IMG/VR virus record: IMGVR_UViG_3300032046_000006 | Location: 1 to 64,000 of that record | Source of the DNA: a virus | Direction: 5' to 3' (one strand) | DNA length: 64,000 nt | Shown: positions 18,964 through 29,321 of the stretch, in pieces | How positions within the stretch are numbered: the stretch's first letter is position 1 | How the letters are laid out: each line of letters opens with the position of its first letter | Program-made: the position numbers and the translations under genes | Notes under the pieces: model-generated | Told to the model about the DNA's origin: nothing | What the model saw: the letters and a program-made list of their open reading frames with translations, nothing else | Databases searched by the model: none

Positions 18964-21159
18964 ATGGCAAATTATAAATCAAAAGTTAATCCTTTTACAG
19001 GAAATTTACAACTTGTAAACGATGATGGAATTTTATTTTTTAAGACTAGTGTGGCTAATGTTGTTGCACTTCCTGCAACAGGCAATACAAAAAATGATGC
19101 AAGAATAGTTTTAGATACTTATAATTTATATGTGTGGTCGGGAACTGCATGGATTAATCAGGGAGATGTTTTAAATATAGATTGGTCAACAATAGAAAAT
19201 AAACCTTCATCTTCCGTCGCTAATATTGATTCTGCTGTTTTACAAAAACATGATGAATTAAAACAACTTAATAAATTTATTAGTAAAGAAATTTACGGTT
19301 TGTCAGAAAAAACAGTACTAGAAGACAATGATGTTATTTTAATTGAAAATAATTTAAGAACATCTTTAGAATTACAGCCCGCAGGAAATAGTAATAAAAA
19401 TTGGGTTGGAAGTGTTTCGGACGATGATGGAAGTAATTTATTGGCAGCAGTTTATTATGGGAGAGTATATACTTCTTCTGATTATGGAGTTACCTGGATT
19501 GAAAGAACTCCAGCAGGAAGTGGAAATAAACAATGGGTTGGATGCTGGTCCGACGCAGATGGTAGTGTTTTAATAGTTGCTTCTCATCCCGGCGGATTTT
19601 ATATTTCAACAGACTATGGTATAACTTGGAATCAGAGATATCCTGGAGTAACAGACAAAAATTGGTATTGTTTATATTGTAATTCAACAGGGAGTCTTAT
19701 AATTGCTAGTAATGATGATGCCGATGGAAGAATTTATAAATCTACCGATTATGGAGTTACTTGGGGAGAATTTAGACCTTTAGGAGATGTGGGCGGGGAT
19801 TGGCAGTTTTGCCTTTGTGATTATGATGGAAGTAATTTAATTGCTGGTGGTGGTTATCAGACTGCAATGGGGCTTTATACCTCTTCTGATGGTGGAGTAA
19901 CTTGGTTAGAAAGAAACCCAGGTGGTGGAACAAAATCTTGGAAATCTGCTGCATCTGATGCAGATGGAAGTTTTTTAATAGTTGGTGGACATCAAGTTGC
20001 TGGGTCTACAGGTAGAATTTATACTTCTTCCGATGGTGGATTAAATTGGACAGAAAGACAGCCAGCAGGGGATGTAGATAGAAATTGGATTTCTGTATTG
20101 TCTAATTCTGATGGTACTATTTTGGAGGCTCAAGCAAATGGTGGCAGACTTTATATTTCAACTAATAGTGGTGTAGATTGGACGGAATATAAACCAGCAG
20201 GAGATGTAAATAAATATTGGACAGGGGCAGGAATAAATCAAGATGGTAGTATTATAATAGCATCGGTACTTGGTGGTAGGATTTATAAATTGGCAACTTA
20301 TAATAAAAATAAAATAAAAATAGAAAATCTTCCAAAACCAATTGCAGATGAAATTCTTACTGATGAAAGCGGATTATCAGTTCAGGGCAAATTAGATGAA
20401 TTAGACGAAGATACACATTCTCATTCAAATAAAACAATTTTAGATAATATACAAGAAGCACTTACCACAGTATTAAAAGAAATTTATGATGGAATAGTAA
20501 TTGCTTTTGGTTTACATAAAGACGCAACCACAGATGTTCATGGAATGGAAAGTGGAGAAGAAATTGCAAGTATACAAGACATCGGAGATGATAATAATCT
20601 TTCTTTAGAAGCACAAGATGCAATAGGTAATTCTCATGCTCTAGCTTCCGATAATCAAACTGCTAGCGAAGTCCCAACTGATGATTCTGGAGTTTCGGTG
20701 CAAGACGCATTAGATACTTTGGAAAGTGGTGTTCATACACAAAATACAGATAATACATTAATTATTTCTTCTGGTTTAGCGAATTTAACAGGACAAGGAT
20801 TAATTATTTCTATAACCCCAGGCGAATCTTTAGTATTTGGAGACCCTGTTTATTGTAAATCAGATGGATTATTTTATAAAGCGGATGCTGATGGGGCGGA
20901 TACTTATCCAGTAGATGCAATTGTATTAGAAGATACAGAATCAGGATTACCTGATATTAAAGTTCTTTTAAGAGGAATTATAAGAGATGATTCTTGGGCT
21001 GGTTGGACTGTTGGAGGATTAATTTATTTGTCCACAGATGGCGGATTAACTCAAATACAGCCCTCTGCTACCGACGATGTTATCCAGGTCATTGGCAGGG
21101 CAATCGCATCTAAAATTATTCTTTGGAATCCGAGTCCAGATTTTATAACACATATTTAA
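18964..21159 (+). CDS. Fibre/adhesin with an Asp-box (BNR, sialidase-like) beta-propeller and a C-terminal cement-like domain
   Basis: Six SxDxGxTW-type Asp boxes in about 45-aa repeats; HSHSNK and TDxSGxSVQ fibre motifs. Confidence 0.8.
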   Translation: MANYKSKVNPFTGNLQLVNDDGILFFKTSVANVVALPATGNTKNDARIVLDTYNLYVWSGTAWINQGDVLNIDWSTIENKPSSSVANIDSAVLQKHDELKQLNKFISKEIYGLSEKTVLEDNDVILIENNLRTSLELQPAGNSNKNWVGSVSDDDGSNLLAAVYYGRVYTSSDYGVTWIERTPAGSGNKQWVGCWSDADGSVLIVASHPGGFYISTDYGITWNQRYPGVTDKNWYCLYCNSTGSLIIASNDDADGRIYKSTDYGVTWGEFRPLGDVGGDWQFCLCDYDGSNLIAGGGYQTAMGLYTSSDGGVTWLERNPGGGTKSWKSAASDADGSFLIVGGHQVAGSTGRIYTSSDGGLNWTERQPAGDVDRNWISVLSNSDGTILEAQANGGRLYISTNSGVDWTEYKPAGDVNKYWTGAGINQDGSIIIASVLGGRIYKLATYNKNKIKIENLPKPIADEILTDESGLSVQGKLDELDEDTHSHSNKTILDNIQEALTTVLKEIYDGIVIAFGLHKDATTDVHGMESGEEIASIQDIGDDNNLSLEAQDAIGNSHALASDNQTASEVPTDDSGVSVQDALDTLESGVHTQNTDNTLIISSGLANLTGQGLIISITPGESLVFGDPVYCKSDGLFYKADADGADTYPVDAIVLEDTESGLPDIKVLLRGIIRDDSWAGWTVGGLIYLSTDGGLTQIQPSATDDVIQVIGRAIASKIILWNPSPDFITHI

Positions 21160-21171
21160 TGTATATAAATA

Positions 21172-21203
21172 GAGGGAGAAATAAAAAATCTCCCTCCCAA
21201 AAA
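21172..21203 (+). promoter_or_regulatory. GAGGG...CCCTC-CCAAA hairpin, copy 3
   Basis: GAGGGAGA/TCTCCCTC followed by CCAAAAA. Confidence 0.7.
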
Positions 21204-21242
21204 TATAAGAAATAAAATAAATAAGAATAAGGAGATTAATTG

Positions 21243-22262
21243 ATGGCTGATTTAATACCAATTATGACTTCCAATACTGAACCAAGTGGGGTAGCGAGTG
21301 CTTCTTCTGAATATAGTAATAAGTATCAAGCATGGAAGGCAATGAATAAGGAGAATGTTGATTCTTATTCATGGCACTCGGATGCTGCAATGCCCGCATG
21401 GTTGCAGTATCAATTTATAGTAGGAAAGACAATAAAAATATATAGTATCACTTCAAGAAATATAATTGCTCCTGCTCAATTTTACCCTATTGCGTGGACT
21501 TTAAATGGTAGCAATAATGGAGTCGATTGGACGACTTTAGATACTCAAACTGGACAAAGTTTTGGTAAGAATTGGAAAAAATATTATAGTTTTATTAATT
21601 CAACATCTTATACTTATTATAGATTAAATATTACATCTACTTCCGATGCAGGAACTCATGCTTGTATAGGTGAATGGGAACTATCAGAAACACAGATATT
21701 AGATGATTTGATTCCAACGATGACTTCCAATACTGAACCAAGTGGAGTAGCAAGTGCTTCGAGTCAATATAATAGTTCTTATGCCGCATGGAAGGCCATG
21801 GATAAAACTAATATAAATGCTATTTGTTGGCATACTCATTCTTCTGGTATGCCCGCATGGTTGCAATATCAATATCCTTCGGGAAAAACAATAGCAAAAT
21901 ATGCAATAACATCAAGAAACGAAGTTGCCCCTGCACAGTTCTTTCCAATTAATTTTACTTTAAAAGCATCCAATACAGGAGCGTTTGCGGGTGAAGAAAC
22001 TACATTAGATACCCAAACAGGCATAAGTTGGGCACAGAACGAAAAGAAAATATTTAATTTTTCTAATATAATTTCATATACTTATTATAGATTGAATATT
22101 ACCGTTACTTCTGACGCTGGAACCTATGCAACTATTGGTGAATGGGAATTAATGGAAAAAGGAACTTTAATTAAAACAATAATAGGATTGGCAAAAGCAA
22201 GTGTTGATACGGTCAAAGAATTAATAATTGCTTCTGTAGAAAGTATCAATGGATTGTCATAA
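21243..22262 (+). CDS. Tandem F5/8 type C (discoidin) carbohydrate-binding protein
   Basis: Two copies of LIPxMTSNTEPSGVASASS...AWKAM...WLQYQ...YTYYRLNIT...IGEWEL. Confidence 0.85.
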   Translation: MADLIPIMTSNTEPSGVASASSEYSNKYQAWKAMNKENVDSYSWHSDAAMPAWLQYQFIVGKTIKIYSITSRNIIAPAQFYPIAWTLNGSNNGVDWTTLDTQTGQSFGKNWKKYYSFINSTSYTYYRLNITSTSDAGTHACIGEWELSETQILDDLIPTMTSNTEPSGVASASSQYNSSYAAWKAMDKTNINAICWHTHSSGMPAWLQYQYPSGKTIAKYAITSRNEVAPAQFFPINFTLKASNTGAFAGEETTLDTQTGISWAQNEKKIFNFSNIISYTYYRLNITVTSDAGTYATIGEWELMEKGTLIKTIIGLAKASVDTVKELIIASVESINGLS

Positions 22263-22326
22263 ATAAATAGAAAGGCAAAATGAATATAGAGAAAAAAAGA
22301 ACTACCATACTAAAAGGAAAATAAAA

Positions 22327-22698
22327 ATGATTGAGCAAGTTCAATTATCTATCAAGAGAGGGGATTCTATTACATATACACTTTATTTCACGGATGAAGA
22401 TGGTGGAGTTATAGATATAAGTGGTTATGTAGTTTTCTTTACTGTTAAAGAAAATATAGACGATATAGATGACCCCGAATCAGGAGAAGAGATTACTGCC
22501 AAAATTGTAAAAGATATAATATCTCACATAGATGCAACAAATGGGAAAACACAAATTACCCTTTCTTCAGAAAATACTAATCAGAAACCAGGAAGTTACC
22601 TTTTTGATATACAAATAAAAAAAGACACACTTGAAATAAATACAATTTTAGAAGGAATTATAACAATAACCAAAGATGTTACAATGAGGACTTCTTAA
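22327..22698 (+). CDS. BppU-N-like Ig-fold virion adaptor protein
   Basis: KRGDS...FFTVK...GKTQITLS...GSYLFDIQ; paralog of 14804..15148. Confidence 0.65.
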   Translation: MIEQVQLSIKRGDSITYTLYFTDEDGGVIDISGYVVFFTVKENIDDIDDPESGEEITAKIVKDIISHIDATNGKTQITLSSENTNQKPGSYLFDIQIKKDTLEINTILEGIITITKDVTMRTS

Positions 22699-22700
22699 AA

Positions 22701-23048
22701 ATGAGCGAAATTAATATCAGATGTAAAATAGTTAACGAAAATATTATAAAAGCGGTTATCAAAGAAGAACAACCGATTCGTGTAAAAATGGATGGGGGAG
22801 GTCAGTTAGAGAAAGTATGGGAAATTTTAGATACCCATTTAATTTTAGAAGATGTTAGTTCTCAAATTAATGGAATCAAAACCAATTTTACAGTTACTCA
22901 TAAAGTATACAACGATTTTCTTAATATTTTTATTAATGGTATTCGAGAAAGAGGATGCACTAAAGTTGGAGATTATATAATAAATATTCCTCTTCCTATT
23001 GTTGAAATCGGAGAGCAAATATTGGTCGAGTATATCAAACAGGATTAA
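22701..23048 (+). CDS. Putative virion adaptor protein
   Basis: C-terminal domain (ING..T.F...IFING) shared with 23095..23775. Confidence 0.55.
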   Translation: MSEINIRCKIVNENIIKAVIKEEQPIRVKMDGGGQLEKVWEILDTHLILEDVSSQINGIKTNFTVTHKVYNDFLNIFINGIRERGCTKVGDYIINIPLPIVEIGEQILVEYIKQD

Positions 23049-23094
23049 TAAAAAGATAGATGAAATATTAAAAATGTTTTGAGGAGAATTAAAA

Positions 23095-23775
23095 ATGGCT
23101 GAAAGAAATACTGCCATAGTTGGCAAACAATTAAAGGCTGCGATTGCGGCGGATGGCTTACAAAAAGATGCAAGTCAAAATTTGGCTATAGATGTTTCTG
23201 ATTTTGCAGGTACGGGATTGGAAGATGATGGTTCCGAAAATTTAAGAATTGCTGCCGAGGGAGTAACATTAGCAATGATGGCAGATATGGCAGCAGAAGC
23301 AAATATTTTGATTGCTGATTCTGGTTTAAGACCAGTTTCTAAAACAGTAAGCGGAGATATCACTATTACTGCTGCTGGCGTTACTGCAATAGGTTCTGAA
23401 AAAGTATTAGAATCTATGATGGATATTGAATCTGCTCCTACTGATGGTTATATCCTTTATTATAATGATGAAACAGGCATTGGTAAATTAGATTATATCG
23501 ACCCTGCCGCTATATTAACATCTTTAGCGGGTGTAGTTTTGGAAAGTGATATTATATGCAATGAAATCCCGACAGGAGATATTAACAGTTCTAATACTGA
23601 ATTCGTATTGGCGAATACCCCCGAAACAGGTTCTGTTTCGGTGTTTCTTAATGGTCTTTTACAACAACCGGGTGGAGGAGAGGATTATACAATTTCGGGC
23701 AGTACTATTACTTTTGTTGCTGCTCCAGATACAAATGACATTTTACTCGTTAATTATATTAAAGCGACTAATTAA
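23095..23775 (+). CDS. Fibre-like virion protein
   Basis: MAERNT N-terminus shared with 24082..26676; VSGDITI repeat; FLNGLLQ...DYTISGSTITF domain. Confidence 0.7.
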   Translation: MAERNTAIVGKQLKAAIAADGLQKDASQNLAIDVSDFAGTGLEDDGSENLRIAAEGVTLAMMADMAAEANILIADSGLRPVSKTVSGDITITAAGVTAIGSEKVLESMMDIESAPTDGYILYYNDETGIGKLDYIDPAAILTSLAGVVLESDIICNEIPTGDINSSNTEFVLANTPETGSVSVFLNGLLQQPGGGEDYTISGSTITFVAAPDTNDILLVNYIKATN

Positions 23776-23788
23776 TATTTGAACTAAC

Positions 23789-23817
23789 GAAGGGCAAAGA
23801 AATTTGCCCTTCCCAAA
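23789..23817 (+). promoter_or_regulatory. Hairpin-CCAAA motif, copy 4
   Basis: GAAGGGCAAA-GAAA-TTTGCCCTTC followed by CCAAA (compensatory variant). Confidence 0.65.
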
Positions 23818-23831
23818 GAAAGGAAAATGGA

Positions 23832-24080
23832 GTGAACAAACAAGAAAATACAATTAAAAAAATGAAAGAAATTAGAAAAGAAGATTATATTAATTTGCGT
23901 GATAAAATTAATAAAAAACTTCTATGGATTGCCGAAGAAAAACAAAAAGGCAAAGAATATGTTGAACAATTAGAAAAGAAAATAGGGGAAACAAACATTC
24001 AGATAATTAAATTGATTGGAGCGGAAATAACTTTAACCGAATTATTAAAAAAAGAAGACATAATTAAGGAAACAAAATAA
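23832..24080 (+). CDS. Coiled-coil hypothetical protein
   Basis: 82 aa ORF with a GTG start. Confidence 0.55.
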   Translation: MNKQENTIKKMKEIRKEDYINLRDKINKKLLWIAEEKQKGKEYVEQLEKKIGETNIQIIKLIGAEITLTELLKKEDIIKETK

Positions 24081-24081
24081 A

Positions 24082-26676
24082 ATGGCAGAGAGAAATACTA
24101 GGTTGACTAAAGGTCAAATAAAAAATGTAGACCCTTCAGATTTAGAAAAAACAGGGGATGCTCCTGCTGAAGGTCAAATTCCTAGTTATGATGTATCTAC
24201 TGGATTGTTTAAGTGGGCAGGAAAACCTAGTTATATGGGAGTAGAATCCATTGGGGAGATAACATTTGCCGACGATACTCATATTTTAAGTATAGCTTCA
24301 ATTACTTATTGGTTTAACGGAATAAAATATGTTACTGCTTCTCCTATTACTGGAGATATTGATGTTCTTTCTACATTAGTAACAAACACAACTTATTTTT
24401 TTTATTTTGATGCTGCTCTCGGTGCATTAAAATGTAACACTTCGCCTTTTAATTTTCTTACTATCGTTCCTATTGCAACTGTATTTTGGAATGGAACTAA
24501 TGGTGCTATTGCTTATGAAGCCCATGGATATATGAGGGATTTAAATTGGCATCGGTGGTCGCATGATACTATAGGAACTCGTTATCGAAGTGGACTATCC
24601 TTAACAAAACCTACAGTCGCCATAGATAATGCTTTACAAATAGAAAGTGGTTATATTCACGATGAAGATTTAGAAAGAATTATTAATCAAGCAACAACTT
24701 GTCGTATAGTATATAAAGCAAGTTTAAATGTCTATACTTGGGTTAATTCTGCTTTGCCTTATGCGGGTAGTGGAGTTCAACCCCGATTTTTAAATATAAC
24801 AGATTATACTTTGACAAATGTGTCGGCAAGTGATTTTGTTTGTATGTGGGTTTATGCTACTATGGATATTGATAGACAAATATACATTATTCCTACTCAC
24901 AAAACTACTTCGGCTCATAATACAATTGCTTTGGCAAGAGCGGAGGTTGCACCAAATCTTGCAGATTTAAATTTATCTCCAGAATTTAAACTTATTTATA
25001 GATTTATCTATAAAGGGAATGGAGATTTTCAAGAAAGTAATGATTATCGATTAAGTCAACCAGTTCCAAGTGGCGGAGTTCCTTCTACAAATGCATCATC
25101 GGTTTCATTTTCTCCGACTGGAGATATTGTAGCGACTACTGTTCAGGTTGCAATAGAAGAGTTAGATACAGAAAAAACTACATTAACATCAGTAAAAGCG
25201 GATTCTGATATTGATAGTGCAATAGATTTAAAACACGCCCAAAATGGCGATACTGGCTTGGGAGCGATGAGTGCCGACATCAATATGAATACTCATCAAC
25301 TAACTGCATTATCTGCTCCCGATGCTAATGGAGAAGCAATAAGAGCAACCACAAAAATTACAGAAGTAAATTTAGAAGATGCAGTAGATAAAAAACATAG
25401 TAATAGTTTAGACCATGCTGCATCAGGTCAATTTAATCAAGCAACAACAGGCGAGATTTTGGGTTTAACCGATAAACCTACCCCATTGGATGCAGATGTT
25501 GCTTTAATAGAAAGCGTCGCAGATTCAAATGCAAAAAGAAAATTAACTTGGACTAATATAAAAACCACATTAAAAACTTATTTTGAAGGTATAGTTTTAT
25601 CTCTTTACAATGGCACCACAGCAACCACACAGGCTCAAGCAAATAATTCAACTAAAATTGCTACTACCGCTTATGTGGATACTGGATTGGGAACGAAAGT
25701 AAAAAATGATGGTTCAGTAAATCCCGTTAATCTTATTACTAATGGCGATTTTGAAGATTGGACAGCAGGAGTATCTGCTGTTGGGTGGACATACGTTGGT
25801 CCGGGTGGAACTGTAGGACGACAAGATAATCCTGCTTATGTAAAAATGGGAATTTATAGTGCAGCCATTACAAGAGTGGATGCAAATGCTTGTATACGCC
25901 AATCAATTATATTGCCGAAAGGACTTAGTTATTGGAAGGGTAGAACCATCATACTTGGATGTTGGGTTAAATGTGCAACAGCAAATGTAGCACAGATATC
26001 AATATATGATGGTGTAGCAGGGGCAGATTCCTCATATCATACAGGTGATAATACTTGGCAGTTTTTAACAGCAACTTGTGCTATAAGTAATTCCGCTACC
26101 GCATTAGATATATATCTGTTTGTGTCGAATACAAACACATACGCTCACTTTGACGGTGCAATGTGTGTAGAAGGTGGAAGTATATTTGCGTTTAGTGATA
26201 AGCCAGCACCAATAACTTCTCCTACTTTTATTACACAAATTACTACTCCGATTATTGCACTTACAGGAGGGCAGATTGCTTTTCCTGCTTCTCAAAACGC
26301 TTCAGCAGATGCCAATACCCTTGATGATTACGAAGAGGGAACCTGGACACCGACTAAATCTGGATTTACAGAAGGTGGCGGGGGAAGTTATACCTTGTCA
26401 GGGACTTATACTAAAATAGGAAGAAGGGTTTTTATTACAGCAAAAATCGTTTGTAGTTCGGGTGCGACACTAGCTAGCGTAGCTGTAACATCTTATCTGA
26501 GTAATCTTCCTTTTGCTGTGGCAGAAATTCAAGGATTCTTTTGTTTAAATGGCAGTGGTGCCCTGAGTTTGGGTGGTGGCGTATTACATACAAACGGAAA
26601 TATGTACATGCCGACCTGGTCTGCTCCGGCAGCAAATACAACTTTTGTTTTTAATGGAAGCTATATCGTTAGTTAG
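24082..26676 (+). CDS. Long tail fibre / receptor-binding protein with a CBM-like domain
   Basis: NSTKIATTAYV, NLITNGDFEDW carbohydrate-binding-like domain, and ANTLDDYEEGTWTP tip motif. Confidence 0.85.
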   Translation: MAERNTRLTKGQIKNVDPSDLEKTGDAPAEGQIPSYDVSTGLFKWAGKPSYMGVESIGEITFADDTHILSIASITYWFNGIKYVTASPITGDIDVLSTLVTNTTYFFYFDAALGALKCNTSPFNFLTIVPIATVFWNGTNGAIAYEAHGYMRDLNWHRWSHDTIGTRYRSGLSLTKPTVAIDNALQIESGYIHDEDLERIINQATTCRIVYKASLNVYTWVNSALPYAGSGVQPRFLNITDYTLTNVSASDFVCMWVYATMDIDRQIYIIPTHKTTSAHNTIALARAEVAPNLADLNLSPEFKLIYRFIYKGNGDFQESNDYRLSQPVPSGGVPSTNASSVSFSPTGDIVATTVQVAIEELDTEKTTLTSVKADSDIDSAIDLKHAQNGDTGLGAMSADINMNTHQLTALSAPDANGEAIRATTKITEVNLEDAVDKKHSNSLDHAASGQFNQATTGEILGLTDKPTPLDADVALIESVADSNAKRKLTWTNIKTTLKTYFEGIVLSLYNGTTATTQAQANNSTKIATTAYVDTGLGTKVKNDGSVNPVNLITNGDFEDWTAGVSAVGWTYVGPGGTVGRQDNPAYVKMGIYSAAITRVDANACIRQSIILPKGLSYWKGRTIILGCWVKCATANVAQISIYDGVAGADSSYHTGDNTWQFLTATCAISNSATALDIYLFVSNTNTYAHFDGAMCVEGGSIFAFSDKPAPITSPTFITQITTPIIALTGGQIAFPASQNASADANTLDDYEEGTWTPTKSGFTEGGGGSYTLSGTYTKIGRRVFITAKIVCSSGATLASVAVTSYLSNLPFAVAEIQGFFCLNGSGALSLGGGVLHTNGNMYMPTWSAPAANTTFVFNGSYIVS

Positions 26677-26722
26677 TTCAAAATGCATAACAGTATCATA
26701 CAGAATAAATTAAGGAGGATAC

Positions 26723-26968
26723 ATGTACACAGAACAAGTGGCAATAGACAAAATAGAAATTTTAGAGGATGGGCAAATCCAAATTAGAAAAGCTACCAAA
26801 GTATTTAAAGATGGAATAGAAATTGCTAAAACTTATCATCGCCATGTAATTGAACCAGGTCAGGACACCAGCGAAGAAGATGATAAAGTAAAAGCGGTAA
26901 CAGAAGCAATATGGACTGAAGAAGTCATAAATGCGTATGAAATTAAAAAAAATAGTATAATACCATAG
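26723..26968 (+). CDS. Fibre-associated small protein (putative chaperone)
   Basis: DKIE...IQIR...YHRHV...AIWT family that typically follows DDYEEGTWTP fibres. Confidence 0.65.
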   Translation: MYTEQVAIDKIEILEDGQIQIRKATKVFKDGIEIAKTYHRHVIEPGQDTSEEDDKVKAVTEAIWTEEVINAYEIKKNSIIP

Positions 26969-26973
26969 AAATA

Positions 26974-27897
26974 ATGATGAATATAGATAAGCAAATAAAA
27001 AAATGTATAGAACCTGATTGTGAAAAACTTATTTCTAGAGGCAGTAAATTAGGTAGGTGTCATTCTTGTGAAATGAAAAGAAGACATCGAGAAGGAATTT
27101 CAGGAAAAGGAAATTTTATAGATGGAAGAAGCTTAAAAAAATATTTTTGTATTGAAAAAGATTGCGGAAACGAAATTAGTTATAATGCTGCTAATTTTGG
27201 ACTAGGAAGATGTTCTTCTTGTTCTCATATTGGAAAATTACATCCTTTATTTGGCAAACATCATACGGAAGAAACTAAAATAAAGATGAGAAAAGTAAAT
27301 TTGTCTAAAGAATTTTTAGAAAAAGAATATATTAAAAATATAAAAGCACCCGTTAAAATAGCAAAAGAAAATAATTGTTCTATCTCTACCGTTTATAGAT
27401 TATTACATGATTGGGATATTCCTGTAAGAAGTATATCAGAAGCTCGTAAATTAATACGAGATTCGATATCAGGAGAAAATAGTTTTATGTTTGGAAAAAA
27501 ACTTTCGCAAAAAACTAAAGACAAAATAGGAGTTGCTTCATTAAAAAGATGGAAAAATATAGTATTCGTAAATAAAATAAAAATAGCAAGAAATTTAAGT
27601 CCTAATAAAACTGAAATGAGGCTATTAGATATTCTCCAAAGAATACTCCCCAACGAATATAAATATGTGGGTAATTTTGAAGTAGTATTAGATGGTAAGT
27701 GTCCTGATTTTATAAATTGTAATGGTCAAAAGAAATTAATAGAACTATTTGGCGATTATTGGCATAAAAAATCCGAAGTTAAATCAAGAACTAATCATTT
27801 TAAAAAATATGGTTATAAAACTTTAATTATATGGGAAAGAGAATTAAAAAATTTAACAAAACTTAATATAAAAATTTTAAATTTTAATGAAAAATAA
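26974..27897 (+). CDS. Homing endonuclease-like protein (Zn fingers, NUMOD3, Vsr/DUF559-type nuclease)
   Basis: GKHHTEETKIKM NUMOD3; PDF...IELFGDYWH...IIWE nuclease motif. Confidence 0.8.
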   Translation: MMNIDKQIKKCIEPDCEKLISRGSKLGRCHSCEMKRRHREGISGKGNFIDGRSLKKYFCIEKDCGNEISYNAANFGLGRCSSCSHIGKLHPLFGKHHTEETKIKMRKVNLSKEFLEKEYIKNIKAPVKIAKENNCSISTVYRLLHDWDIPVRSISEARKLIRDSISGENSFMFGKKLSQKTKDKIGVASLKRWKNIVFVNKIKIARNLSPNKTEMRLLDILQRILPNEYKYVGNFEVVLDGKCPDFINCNGQKKLIELFGDYWHKKSEVKSRTNHFKKYGYKTLIIWERELKNLTKLNIKILNFNEK

Positions 27898-28633
27898 TAC
27901 AGAAAAATTAAAAGTTCGGTTAAGAAATTTACCACAATACCATGATAAAACGGATGAGGAGTTGGAGAAGATTATTCGGGAAAAAAATGAACAAGATGAG
28001 ATGTTGTCAAGTCTTTCTTTTTGTCTCGATTCGGAAAAACCCTTAGCCAAAAAATTATTAGAAAATTATTTGACCGAGGCTTCTTTTGAAAATTTTAGCG
28101 AGAGGCAAACTTTAGGGCAATTAATAGACCAGGAGTTATTGTCAAGGAGATTAAAAGAATCATTAAAAACCTTATATGACTCAGCTAATCCTTCTATTCC
28201 ATTACAGATGGTTGAACAACTCGATGCAGTAATTGATAGAATAGAAAGTTTAAAACAAAAATTAGGATTATTAAAAAAAGACGAAAAAAACGATACTTCA
28301 AAAGTTATTTCAGATTTGACCGAAAGATTTCACAAATGGATAAATAAACCAGAAAATAGAAGCAATTATGAATTTCAATGTCCCAAATGTGAAGAAATTT
28401 TTCTCATTAGAAGAAGATTAGATAAAATTAGTGATGAAGTTAGAGAACACCCATGGTTTATTGCAGGTGGGATTCTTTTTAATAGAGCAATCTTTGAAGA
28501 TATGGAACTAGGAAAAATTTCTGAAGACCAAGTTGCGAGATATACAAATACAACTTTAGATTATATACATTGGATTCGAGTAAATTACCCTTTAAATCAA
28601 GATAAAAATGAAGAAACTGAAAATGAAGAATAA
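27887..28633 (+). CDS. Putative terminase small subunit
   Basis: Helical protein with CPKC, located upstream of the terminase large subunit; positional inference. Confidence 0.5.
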   Translation: MKNNTEKLKVRLRNLPQYHDKTDEELEKIIREKNEQDEMLSSLSFCLDSEKPLAKKLLENYLTEASFENFSERQTLGQLIDQELLSRRLKESLKTLYDSANPSIPLQMVEQLDAVIDRIESLKQKLGLLKKDEKNDTSKVISDLTERFHKWINKPENRSNYEFQCPKCEEIFLIRRRLDKISDEVREHPWFIAGGILFNRAIFEDMELGKISEDQVARYTNTTLDYIHWIRVNYPLNQDKNEETENEE

Positions 28634-29321
28634 AATTTGCCCTGTTTGTAAAACAGAATTTTATTCAAATCATAATACTCAAAAGTGTTGCTCTAAATTA
28701 TGCAGTAAAAAATATCATAAGCAATATATTAAAAATTATAAAGAGAATAATAAAGAAATAATTAAAGAACAAAAAAAGAAATGGGACAAAACTTATTATT
28801 TAAAACACAAAAAAGAACATCGCATTTATGCTAAGAAATACAATCAAATTCATAAAAAAGAAATTAAAAAATATATGAAAAAATATTATGATACTCATAG
28901 AAATGAACGCAAGAAATATTATTTAAAAAATAAAGAAAAAATCAATAAAAATAGAAGAATATACGTAAAGATTAAAAGAAGAGCAAATATTAATTTTAAA
29001 ATTTTATTAAATCTAAGAAATAGAATTCGATTAGCATTAAATGGGATATGCAAATCTAAAAAGACAAAAGAATTGTTAGGATGTTCTATTGAAAAACTAA
29101 AAAAATATCTTGAAAAGAAATTTAAACCAAATATGTCTTGGTCAAATTATGGGAGTGGAAAGAATGGTAAAGGCATTATTGAGTGGCAAGTAGACCACAT
29201 AAAACCATGTGCCTCTTTTGACTTATCTAACCCCGAAGAACAACGCAAATGTTTTCATTATACCAATCTCCAACCTCTCTGGGCGAGAGAGAATTTAAGT
29301 AAGGGAATCAAATATGATTAG
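28608..29321 (+). CDS. HNH-family homing endonuclease
   Basis: CPVC...CSKLC Zn finger; WQVDHIKPCASFDL...CFHYTNLQPLW. Confidence 0.85.
   Translation: MKKLKMKNKICPVCKTEFYSNHNTQKCCSKLCSKKYHKQYIKNYKENNKEIIKEQKKKWDKTYYLKHKKEHRIYAKKYNQIHKKEIKKYMKKYYDTHRNERKKYYLKNKEKINKNRRIYVKIKRRANINFKILLNLRNRIRLALNGICKSKKTKELLGCSIEKLKKYLEKKFKPNMSWSNYGSGKNGKGIIEWQVDHIKPCASFDLSNPEEQRKCFHYTNLQPLWARENLSKGIKYD

Noticed and set aside
18964-21159. Catalytic sialidase call
   Set aside because: Asp boxes show only the propeller fold; no RIP motif or arginine triad was recognised.
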